Positions 27,498 through 35,845 of a stretch of DNA of 38,688 nt are shown here, piece after piece; the stretch's first letter is position 1, and every line of letters starts with the position of its first letter. The stretch covers positions 1 to 38,688 of the forward strand of contig JAGLUC010000345.1 of NCBI GenBank assembly GCA_023134955.1, in the 5' to 3' direction. The position numbers and the translations under genes were made by a program. The notes under the pieces are model-generated. The model had not been told where the DNA came from. It made no database searches and was given only the letters and a program-made list of their open reading frames with translations. This stretch comes from Methylococcales bacterium. Its GTDB lineage: Bacteria; Pseudomonadota; Gammaproteobacteria; Methylococcales; Methylomonadaceae.

Positions 27498-28283
27498 ATG
27501 AGCACACAACTATTAATCTACGAACGCGCAGAACCCATCAGTAAACAGAAACATAGCAACTGGTCAGTAAAAACAGGTGGTAGTTACGATTTTACAAAAA
27601 ATATTAATTCAGCGCCATTAACTGCAGTAGAATTTCCTAATGCATCTACGGAATACAGTATTGTTTTTGCTGGCAATGATGATGCTGTTATGCCAGCAGT
27701 TATATTAGGCTTACGAGACCAGGAAAACCTGTATTTATCAGAAGATGGAAAATGGAACAGTAAATATATCCCTGCTTTCATTCGTCGGTATCCATTTGTA
27801 TTCTCCAGTAGTAATGAAGCTAAACAATTTACCCTCTGCATAGATGAAGAGTTTTTGGGCTGCAACCAAGACGGTATAGGTGAACGACTGTTTGATACCG
27901 AGGGAGAACAGACCCAATACTTAAAAACAGTTTTAAATTTTTCCAGTGAATACCAAGGTCAGTTCAACCGAACTCAATTATTCTGTAAAAAATTAAAGGA
28001 ACTGGATTTGTTAGAGCCTATGCAAGCACAGTTCACCCTGCCAACAGGGGAAAAAATGAACTTAGGCGGGTTTCAGGCGGTCAGTCGTGAGCGCTTAAAA
28101 AAACTAAGCAATGAACAGTTAGGAGAACTAGCTAAAACGGATGAGCTAGAATTGATTTATCTGCACTTGCAATCGATGAGAAATTTCAATGCTATGGTGG
28201 CTCGGGTTCCTGAAAGTGATGCGAGCTCAAATGTTGCAAAAGACTCTAAGAAAGAAAAACTATCTAAAAAAGATATGCATTAA
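27498..28283 (+). CDS. sapC: SapC family protein
   Basis: 261 aa with typical SapC motifs: PLTAVEF...YSIVF...MPAVILGL..ENLYL..G.W...YIPAFIRRYPFVF, then RLFD.EG..T.YL, L.ELDLLEP and LELIYLHLQS. Confidence 0.9.
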   Translation: MSTQLLIYERAEPISKQKHSNWSVKTGGSYDFTKNINSAPLTAVEFPNASTEYSIVFAGNDDAVMPAVILGLRDQENLYLSEDGKWNSKYIPAFIRRYPFVFSSSNEAKQFTLCIDEEFLGCNQDGIGERLFDTEGEQTQYLKTVLNFSSEYQGQFNRTQLFCKKLKELDLLEPMQAQFTLPTGEKMNLGGFQAVSRERLKKLSNEQLGELAKTDELELIYLHLQSMRNFNAMVARVPESDASSNVAKDSKKEKLSKKDMH

Positions 28284-28649
28284 ACTAGCAAAGCCTTCCT
28301 TCTATACTCTTTACGTTTAAGAATATCCCATTCTAGTATGTAGATTATTGTGATGAGCTAGGTGTAAAGCAGCAGGAATAGTAATCTATTTCAATGCTTT
28401 ACTTGGCAACTGCTCCTCGGTAATTGCTCTTGCATTATTCTGCTACGCACCATCCATGGCATTAAACAACGCTCATCGCGATAAGATGCGTGCTAGAGTG
28501 GGGTATTTTTGAGCGTGAAGAGTTATATGTATCAACTTTGTGAAATTGTTCTATAGATATTAACAAGCTTGATACTCTGCATTCGCTCAAATACCACTTG
28601 TCTGGTAGTCTATAGCCTCTTATCGTGATTTTATTAATAATCAATTTAC

Positions 28650-30803
28650 ATGAGTAATGTTTTTTCCAAAATTATGGATGAAAATCGTAATGAATATAGG
28701 GTTCCTGTTGAACCAGGAACTACGGTTATTATTCATAGTGGTGACAGGGAAATTGTCGGGACAATTGAGGATAAGTCCGAGGGTGGACTAGGTTTAAGAA
28801 TACCAGAAGCTTTTAAGCAGTATATAGATCAAAATACTGTTGTGACCATGACTTACAGTATGCCTTATGGACTAGTCAGCCATCAAGCGCAGGTCTGTTG
28901 GAGTAACTCAGATAAAGCAGGTGAATTAACGATAGGAACAAGGTTTCTTGAGGCTGAGCCTGGCTTTCAAACAGACTATCAAAAATTATGGAAAGACTTT
29001 ATTGATGCGGAGAAGCTGGAAGATGTGGCTCGTTTTTGGTTGAGTCTTCAATCGGCAATGATTAGTGGGGTTACCCGTGCGGTTGTGGTGTTAGGTGAGC
29101 CAGGGGGTGAAGTATTTTCTCCAGTTGCATTTTGGCCGGAAGCACAAACCGGAGTAATTGGGCTAACCGAAGTTGCAGAACTGGCTTTACAAGAAAAACG
29201 TGGGGTGTTGAGAGATGAGGGACAATACAACAAAGACCTGAATATTCGAGTTTGTTATATTGGTTTCCCACTAATGCTGGATGAGAAACTGTGTGGTGTG
29301 GTGGCTATAGAAATAGTTGTTCGTCCAGAACCTTTGATGCGTGCAGTTATGCGTCAGCTACAATGGGGGACGGCATGGATAGAGTTAATTATTCGCCGTA
29401 TTGATGGCAAAAAATACACCCCTGAAAATCAGCAATTAGTTACCGTTCTGGAACTGATAGCGACGAGCTTGGAACATGATAGTTTTCAGGCGGCGGCAAC
29501 CAGCGTTGCCACAGAACTAGCAACTATTTTGGAATGTGAGAGAGTAAGCATTGGTTTTTTGGTAGGGAAGTATATGCAAGTTGAAATCTTGTCTCATAGT
29601 ACCGATTTTACGAAAAAATCAAAATTGGTTCAGAGTCTTGGCTTGGCGATGGATGAAGCAATGGATCAACAAACTTCTCTTGTTTTTCCTGCGCGTGAGG
29701 ATGACACGGTAAAAATTCTAAAGTGTCATGAAAAATTATTACAGGAACAAGGTAGTAGTGGTGTTTGTACAATTCCTTTGTGTAATAAAGGCAAGGTATT
29801 TGGTGCTTTAACAATGGAGCGTTCATCGGGCGATTTATTTGCTAAAGATACTGTCGATTTATGTGAAACCATCGCCTCTCTTGTTGGTCCTATTTTAGAG
29901 GCAAAACGAAGGCAAGATTTGTGGTTAGTCATTAAGTTTGGCTTGTCGATAAAAGAATTTATATTTAAGCTCACAGGGCCGGATCATGCAGGGTTTAAAG
30001 TTATAAGTGCAATTTTTGCGGTAGCAATTTTATTTTTTATCTTTGCAACAGGAAGTTTTCGAGTTGCTGCAGATGCCTATCTTGAAGGCTCTATTCAGAG
30101 GGTTATTGTTACACCGTTTAATGGTTATATCAGTGAAGCCTATGTCCGTGCCGGTGATGTGGTAAAAAAAGGCTCACCTTTAGTAAAACTGGATGATAAT
30201 GACTTATTGTTGGAGAGAGCTAAATGGAAAGGGCAGAAAGAACAGTATAGAAAAGAATATCGTGAGGCACTGGGTAAAGCAGAACGCAGTAAAGTCAGTG
30301 TGTTAAAAGCGCGACTTCGGCAAGTGGATGCACAGCTTGCGATGATGGATGCTCAATTATCTCGTATACGGGTTAATGCACCTTTTGATGGCATTATTGT
30401 TTCGGGTGATTTAAGTCAATCTTTGGGTTCCCCTTCTCAGCGAGGGGATGTGTTGTTTGAAATTGCACCATTAGATGCTTATCGAGTGATATTGGAAGTG
30501 GATGAGCGAGATATTTCAACGATTAATGTAGGTCAGTCAGGCGAGTTAGTTTTAACGGGTCATAGTGATAGAGTTATTGCTTTTAAGGTTAAAAGTATTA
30601 CACCTGTTTCTGAGGTTAAAGAAGGACGTAATTATTTTCGAGTAGAAGCAAAATTGAATACTCAAATTGATGATTTACGCCCAGGGATGAAAGGTGTAGG
30701 TAAGATTATAATCGGTAAACGTAATTTAATCTGGATATGGAGCCGACCTCTCCTTGACTGGTTGCGATTGAGTTTGTGGACTTGGTGGCCACAAGGCTTA
30801 TAG
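28650..30803 (+). CDS. PilZ-GAF-GAF-TM-HlyD family membrane-fusion (periplasmic adaptor) protein
   Basis: N-terminal RNEYR and DKSEGG match the PilZ RxxxR and DxSxxG motifs. Two GAF-like segments: IGFPLMLDEKLCGVVAIE and VCTIPLCNKGKVFGALTME. TM segment VISAIFAVAILFFIF. Split lipoyl halves (TPFNGYISEAYVRAGDVVKKGSPLVKLD and APFDGIIV) flank a coiled hairpin. C-terminal LRPGMKG beta-barrel motif. Confidence 0.88.
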   Translation: MSNVFSKIMDENRNEYRVPVEPGTTVIIHSGDREIVGTIEDKSEGGLGLRIPEAFKQYIDQNTVVTMTYSMPYGLVSHQAQVCWSNSDKAGELTIGTRFLEAEPGFQTDYQKLWKDFIDAEKLEDVARFWLSLQSAMISGVTRAVVVLGEPGGEVFSPVAFWPEAQTGVIGLTEVAELALQEKRGVLRDEGQYNKDLNIRVCYIGFPLMLDEKLCGVVAIEIVVRPEPLMRAVMRQLQWGTAWIELIIRRIDGKKYTPENQQLVTVLELIATSLEHDSFQAAATSVATELATILECERVSIGFLVGKYMQVEILSHSTDFTKKSKLVQSLGLAMDEAMDQQTSLVFPAREDDTVKILKCHEKLLQEQGSSGVCTIPLCNKGKVFGALTMERSSGDLFAKDTVDLCETIASLVGPILEAKRRQDLWLVIKFGLSIKEFIFKLTGPDHAGFKVISAIFAVAILFFIFATGSFRVAADAYLEGSIQRVIVTPFNGYISEAYVRAGDVVKKGSPLVKLDDNDLLLERAKWKGQKEQYRKEYREALGKAERSKVSVLKARLRQVDAQLAMMDAQLSRIRVNAPFDGIIVSGDLSQSLGSPSQRGDVLFEIAPLDAYRVILEVDERDISTINVGQSGELVLTGHSDRVIAFKVKSITPVSEVKEGRNYFRVEAKLNTQIDDLRPGMKGVGKIIIGKRNLIWIWSRPLLDWLRLSLWTWWPQGL

Positions 30804-30818
30804 CCTAGGCAACAAGTT

Positions 30819-32966
30819 ATGGCTGAGTCTATGTTTAGCTCTTCTTGGTATCGTATTGCTGGGTTAAAACCTAGGTTAAGAGCCCATGTGCAGATTTCTA
30901 GGCATCATTATCGTGGTCAGTTGTGGTATGTATTACAGGATAGGGCTAACAGTCAAAACCATCGGTTTTCACCACAGGTATACTATGTTTTATCATTGCT
31001 GGATGGTAAACGAAACTTTCAGACTATCTGGAATCTAGCATTGGAGCAGCTAGGGGATGATGCGCCTAGCCAAGATGAAATGATTAAATTGTTGGGACAA
31101 CTTCATAGCAGTGATTTATTGTTGTGTGATGTCCCTCCCGATACACTGGAACTATTTCATAGGTTTGAAAAAAAACAATGGGGAAAATGGAAGCAAAAGA
31201 TTTTCAGTCCTTTGTCAATCAGACTGCCTTTATGGGATCCAGATGCTTTTCTTGAACGCTGGCTGTTTTTAGTTTTACCTTTTGCAGGTTGGTTAGGTAA
31301 GCTGATATGGGGTGTTGTAATAGGCACAGCTATTGTATTGGTTGCATCCAATTGGGTTGATCTGTCAGAGGGTGTGGCTGATCGTGTTTTAGCTCCCAGC
31401 AACTTGTTGTTACTATTCTTTATTTATCCTGTAGTAAAATTTTTACATGAACTCGGACATGCTTTTTCAACCAAAGTATGGGGCGGAGAAGTGCATGAAA
31501 TGGGGATAATGTTATTAGTATTTATGCCCGTTCCTTATGTAGATGCCTCTAGTGCATGGTCTTTTCGAGATAGAAAAAAAAGAGCTATTGTCGGTGCTGC
31601 GGGTATGGGGGTTGAACTATTTCTAGCCGCTTTAGCTTTGTTTGTCTGGTTAAATGTTGAGCAAGGCATGGTAAGCGCTATAGCTTATAATATTATGCTG
31701 GTTGGAGGTGTCTCCACGTTATTTTTTAATGGCAATCCACTACTACGTTTTGACGGTTATTATATTTTCTCAGATCTAATAGAAATCCCCAATCTCTCAA
31801 GTCGAGCCAACAATTATATTGGCTACTTGTTTCAACGCTATCTTTTCTCTGTACAACAATTAAATTCTCCTGCATCTTGCACTGGAGAGCAAGTGTGGTT
31901 TGTCTGTTACGGTTTGGCATCTTTTGTATATAGGATGCTGATTAGCTTTACGATTATTCTTTTTGTCGCGGGAAAATTCTTTTTTATAGGTATTGTTTTT
32001 GCGCTATGGGCTGTTTTTTCGATGGTTGTGTTACCCTTGTCGAAACAGGTTAAATTTATTTTTACCAGCCCTGTAATACAGCGCCAGCGTTTAAGAGCAA
32101 TTACAGTCAGCTTTAGCCTGTTAGCTGCTTTTTTATGTTTTCTATTTCTATTTCCAGTGTCTTTTAGCAACTATACCGAAGGTGTGGTATGGCTACCAGA
32201 GCAGGCAGAAGTGCGTGCTCAGACAGAGGGCTTTGTAGTAAATATTCATGTTCAAACCTACTCAATGGTCAAGAAAGGAGATGTTTTACTGGATATGGAG
32301 GATCCCTTGCTTAATTCTAGACAGCTTGTTCTACGCTATCGAATTGACGAATTAAAGGCTCAATATAAAGCTGCTTGGGGTAGGGAGCAAGTGCAAGCAC
32401 AAATTCTGAGGGAACAAATTGAGGTGATTAAAGTAGAGTTAGCTCAATTGAATGAACGTATTAATGACTTAACTTTACGAAGTCGGTCTAGTGGTTTATT
32501 TGTTGTTTCCCAAGCAAATGATTTGATAGGAAGCTTTTTAAAAAAGGGCGACTTGGCAGCTTATATTGTCAATTTTCCTGTTACCACTATTCGTGCTGTT
32601 GTGACGCAAGATAATATAGGTTTAGTTAGAGAATTTACAAAAAATGTGGAAGTTCGATTAGTTGATGATATGAAAAATTTATATGTTGCTAAAGTCGTTA
32701 GAGTGGTACCCGCAGCATCAGATAGATTGCCTAGTCCCGCTCTGGGATATAAAGGTGGCGGCTTAATACCAACTGATCCGTCATCTGGAGAAGGTGACAA
32801 AGCTTTTGAACCAGTATTTCATATTGAACTGGAATTTCCTGCTGAGGCTAATGTCAGAAACCTGGGAGGGCGAGCGTATGTGCGTTTTGATTTTGGCACT
32901 GAGCCACTTGCTTGGCAGTGGTATAGATTAGCTAGGCAGCTATTTTTAAGACAATTTAGTGTTTAG
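30819..32966 (+). CDS. Site-2 protease (peptidase M50) fused to a C-terminal HlyD-like adaptor domain, with an N-terminal PqqD-like domain
   Basis: HELGH inside a hydrophobic segment (31446-31460) and NPLLRFDG (31734-31757) are the M50 zinc ligands. Multiple TM helices. The C-terminal half has VRAQTEGFV...VKKGDVLL, a coiled coil and LRSRSSGLF (MFP lipoyl halves). The first ~100 aa follow a PqqD/winged-helix pattern. Confidence 0.88.
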   Translation: MAESMFSSSWYRIAGLKPRLRAHVQISRHHYRGQLWYVLQDRANSQNHRFSPQVYYVLSLLDGKRNFQTIWNLALEQLGDDAPSQDEMIKLLGQLHSSDLLLCDVPPDTLELFHRFEKKQWGKWKQKIFSPLSIRLPLWDPDAFLERWLFLVLPFAGWLGKLIWGVVIGTAIVLVASNWVDLSEGVADRVLAPSNLLLLFFIYPVVKFLHELGHAFSTKVWGGEVHEMGIMLLVFMPVPYVDASSAWSFRDRKKRAIVGAAGMGVELFLAALALFVWLNVEQGMVSAIAYNIMLVGGVSTLFFNGNPLLRFDGYYIFSDLIEIPNLSSRANNYIGYLFQRYLFSVQQLNSPASCTGEQVWFVCYGLASFVYRMLISFTIILFVAGKFFFIGIVFALWAVFSMVVLPLSKQVKFIFTSPVIQRQRLRAITVSFSLLAAFLCFLFLFPVSFSNYTEGVVWLPEQAEVRAQTEGFVVNIHVQTYSMVKKGDVLLDMEDPLLNSRQLVLRYRIDELKAQYKAAWGREQVQAQILREQIEVIKVELAQLNERINDLTLRSRSSGLFVVSQANDLIGSFLKKGDLAAYIVNFPVTTIRAVVTQDNIGLVREFTKNVEVRLVDDMKNLYVAKVVRVVPAASDRLPSPALGYKGGGLIPTDPSSGEGDKAFEPVFHIELEFPAEANVRNLGGRAYVRFDFGTEPLAWQWYRLARQLFLRQFSV

Positions 32967-32992
32967 ATTAAAACGATAGTTATGGATTTTTA

Positions 32993-34981
32993 ATGGCAGC
33001 CCATTCAAATTTTAAGCCTGGTATTGTTGAAGGATTATATCCTGAGCGGTCTGTGCTAAAAAAAGCTTATCTTGACCAGAAATTGGCTAAAATAGAGGGT
33101 TTTTTCACTCGCTTATTTAAGTATAACCATCGTTCACTTAGCTTTATAGTCCAGTTAGTGAATCAATATTCTGATGAGCTTGAGTTATTGCAAGATCACG
33201 CATTAGACGAACGAATTGAGCATTTAAAATCGAATTTAATCCTGCATGGGCTAGAGGATTTATTGATTATCGAAGCATTTGCCCTGATTAAAGAGGTGGC
33301 TGGAAGAAAGCTGGGAATGCGGCATTATGATGTGCAGCTTATAGGCGGCTGGATTCTTATTAAAGGAATGATCGCTGAAATGGAGACGGGTGAAGGTAAA
33401 ACATTAGTAGCAACGTTGGCGGCTTGTACTGCAGCAATCTCGGGTATTCCTGTCCATGTCATTACGGTGAATGATTATTTGGTTAAACGTGATGCCACTT
33501 TAATGGAGCCAGTTTATAAGGCTTTTGGCTTGAGTGTTGGAATTATTTCTGAAGATATGGATTTAGCTACTCGTCAAATAGCTTATGCTTGCGATATAAC
33601 TTATTGTAGTAATAAACAAGTTACTTTTGATTACCTTAAAGATAAGTTGGTGTTGGGGAGAAAAGGTAGTAACTTTCATTTACAACTCGAAAAGCTTTAT
33701 GCAAAGAAAGCAGCGAAACAGGCGCAGTTACACTTAAGAGGCTTATGTTTTGCAATTGTGGATGAAGCCGATAGTGTTTTTATAGATGAATCAAGAACAC
33801 CATTGATTCTTTCTCGAGAAACTAATTCTCTTGACGAGTTGTATGTTTATCAGCAGGCACTTGAAATTGCAGGGCAATTGAAAGAAGCAAGTGATTTTAT
33901 AATAGATCAGCGAAATCAACATATACAATTAACAGGATCTGGTATTAATCGCATTAAGCAAATGGTTGAGTCACTATCAGGTATTTGGTCGGCGGAAAGG
34001 CGCAGTCGTGAATTAATTGTTCAAGCATTGTCGGCACTATATTTGTTTTTGAAGGATGTTAATTACCTTGTTAAAGATGGAAAAGTATTAATTATTGATG
34101 AATTTACTGGACGTGTGATGGCTGATCGTTCGTGGGAGCGAGGCTTGCATCAGCTAATAGAAACTAAAGAAGGCTGTGAAATGAGTAGGCAAAAAGAAAC
34201 ACTTTGTCGAATTAGCTATCAATCTTTTTTTCAACGCTATCTACATCTTGCGGGGATGACGGGAACAGGAAAAGAAGTGGCGAGAGAATTATTCTCTGTT
34301 TATCGGCAGCCTGTTATTAAGGTGCCTACCAATAAGCAAGGCAAACGGAAACAATTCTGTGCGCGTTATTTCACGACTGCATCACAAAAATGGACGGCTA
34401 TAGTTGAACGTATTGTAGAAATTCATCAACAAGGGCGACCTATTTTAATAGGTAGCCGTTCGGTTGAAGCATCAGAGCATTTAGGGCAATTGTTGACTAA
34501 GAAAAGATTGCCTCATCAATTATTAAATGCTCGACAGGATGCTGACGAAGCAGAAATCATTAAAATGGCGGGTAGTCTAGGGGCGATTACTGTGGCAACG
34601 AATATGGCAGGAAGAGGGACAGATATTATTTTAGCCCCTAGTGTTAATGAAATTGGCGGCTTGCATGTAATTGTCAGTGAATGTCATGAGTCTAGGCGTA
34701 TAGATAGACAGTTATTTGGTCGATGTGGTCGGCAAGGCAATGAGGGCAGTTATGAAATGTTTTTATCATTTGATGATGAAATAGTAACCAAATATACACC
34801 TCTTATCGCGTATGAATTGGCTAAAAAAATGTGTGGATATGGTTATCAAAAAATAGCCGCAGCAGTTTTTTACTTGGCGCAAACACGGGCAGAAAAATAC
34901 CATGCAGCCATCCGTAGAGATTTGCTAAAAATGGATGAGAACTTACAAAACCTGTTAGCATTTTCTGGAAAACCTGAATAG
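32993..34981 (+). CDS. secA: Secondary, C-terminally truncated SecA-family ATPase (SecA_DEAD, preprotein cross-linking domain and NBD2); not the housekeeping SecA
   Basis: Motifs GMRHYDVQLIGG, AEMETGEGKT (Walker A), VHVITVNDYL, FDYLKD, AIVDEADS, IIDEFTGRVM...GLHQLIETKE, GMTGT, LNARQ, VATNMAGRGTDI and HESRRIDRQLFGRCGRQG. Only 662 aa against ~900 for canonical proteobacterial SecA. Confidence 0.92.
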   Translation: MAAHSNFKPGIVEGLYPERSVLKKAYLDQKLAKIEGFFTRLFKYNHRSLSFIVQLVNQYSDELELLQDHALDERIEHLKSNLILHGLEDLLIIEAFALIKEVAGRKLGMRHYDVQLIGGWILIKGMIAEMETGEGKTLVATLAACTAAISGIPVHVITVNDYLVKRDATLMEPVYKAFGLSVGIISEDMDLATRQIAYACDITYCSNKQVTFDYLKDKLVLGRKGSNFHLQLEKLYAKKAAKQAQLHLRGLCFAIVDEADSVFIDESRTPLILSRETNSLDELYVYQQALEIAGQLKEASDFIIDQRNQHIQLTGSGINRIKQMVESLSGIWSAERRSRELIVQALSALYLFLKDVNYLVKDGKVLIIDEFTGRVMADRSWERGLHQLIETKEGCEMSRQKETLCRISYQSFFQRYLHLAGMTGTGKEVARELFSVYRQPVIKVPTNKQGKRKQFCARYFTTASQKWTAIVERIVEIHQQGRPILIGSRSVEASEHLGQLLTKKRLPHQLLNARQDADEAEIIKMAGSLGAITVATNMAGRGTDIILAPSVNEIGGLHVIVSECHESRRIDRQLFGRCGRQGNEGSYEMFLSFDDEIVTKYTPLIAYELAKKMCGYGYQKIAAAVFYLAQTRAEKYHAAIRRDLLKMDENLQNLLAFSGKPE

Positions 34982-34990
34982 GAAATTAGG

Positions 34991-35845
34991 ATGTGTCGAA
35001 TAATAATAAAAAAATCTGTTATCAGCCTATTGCTGGTGCTTTCTAATACAGTATTTGCTGGCAATGGGAAGGTCTTAGATTGTGTGCTGGAGCCGTCAAT
35101 GGTTGTTGAGCTGAGCAGTCAAGTTCGTGGTGTAATTGAGAATATTTATGTTGAACGTACTGATGTTGTTAAAAATGGGCAGCTAGTTGCTAATTTAATG
35201 TCGGGAGTGGAGAAGGTCAGTGTTCAATTGGCTATGGATAGATCGAAAATGGTTGTAGATATAAAATCTAGAAAAGCTGAACAAAAATTTAGAAAGCATA
35301 CCTTCGAGCAGGTAAAAGAGCTTTACAGGAAAAAGCTTGCCTCACAGCGTGAATATGAAGACGCTAAAACCTCAAGTATTGTTGCAGACATTGAACTGGA
35401 AAAAGCTATAGAACTAAAGTACCTGGCAGGTATGGAGTTGAAACGTACTCAAGAGATACTTAAACTTCGTTCTATGCACAGCATGATTGATGGCGTAGTA
35501 GTAGACGTGATGAAGTCACCAGGTGAATTTGTTGAGGAACAACCAGTCATGAAAATCGCTCAAATTGATCCCCTTTTTGTTGAAGTAATCGTACCTGAAA
35601 CATTAATGGGCAGGGTTAAGGTGGGAAAACAATTAAAGGTTAATATTGAAATACCAATAGCAGCTAGCCATTTGGCAACAGTGAGTGCAGTCGATCAAAT
35701 TATTGATGCTACAAGTGGTACCTTTGGGGTACGGCTGATACTACCTAATCCAGATAATAAAATTCATGCGGGTCAACGTTGCCAAGTTGTTTTGGTTGAT
35801 GAACCCCTGAAACTCAACTTAAATAAATATAAAAATAAAAGGTAA
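34991..35845 (+). CDS. Efflux RND/HlyD-type periplasmic adaptor (membrane fusion protein) with a predicted signal peptide
   Basis: N-terminus MCRIIIKKSVISLLLVLSNTVFA|G looks like a Sec signal. MFP motifs LSSQVRGVIENIYVERTDVVKNGQLVANL, an alpha-hairpin, SMIDGVV..PGEFV, IDPLFVEV and IDATSGTFGVRLILPNPD. Confidence 0.88.
   Translation: MCRIIIKKSVISLLLVLSNTVFAGNGKVLDCVLEPSMVVELSSQVRGVIENIYVERTDVVKNGQLVANLMSGVEKVSVQLAMDRSKMVVDIKSRKAEQKFRKHTFEQVKELYRKKLASQREYEDAKTSSIVADIELEKAIELKYLAGMELKRTQEILKLRSMHSMIDGVVVDVMKSPGEFVEEQPVMKIAQIDPLFVEVIVPETLMGRVKVGKQLKVNIEIPIAASHLATVSAVDQIIDATSGTFGVRLILPNPDNKIHAGQRCQVVLVDEPLKLNLNKYKNKR

Noticed and set aside
28462..28644. 60-aa minus-strand ORF in the sapC-operon spacer
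   Set aside because: No motif or clear RBS. It is antisense to the probable promoter/leader region and its length is compatible with chance.
32993..34981. Short SecA as a pseudogene or as the housekeeping secA
   Set aside because: Catalytic motifs are intact, no frameshifted remainder follows the stop (the next gene begins after a 9-bp gap), and the context is not that of housekeeping secA.
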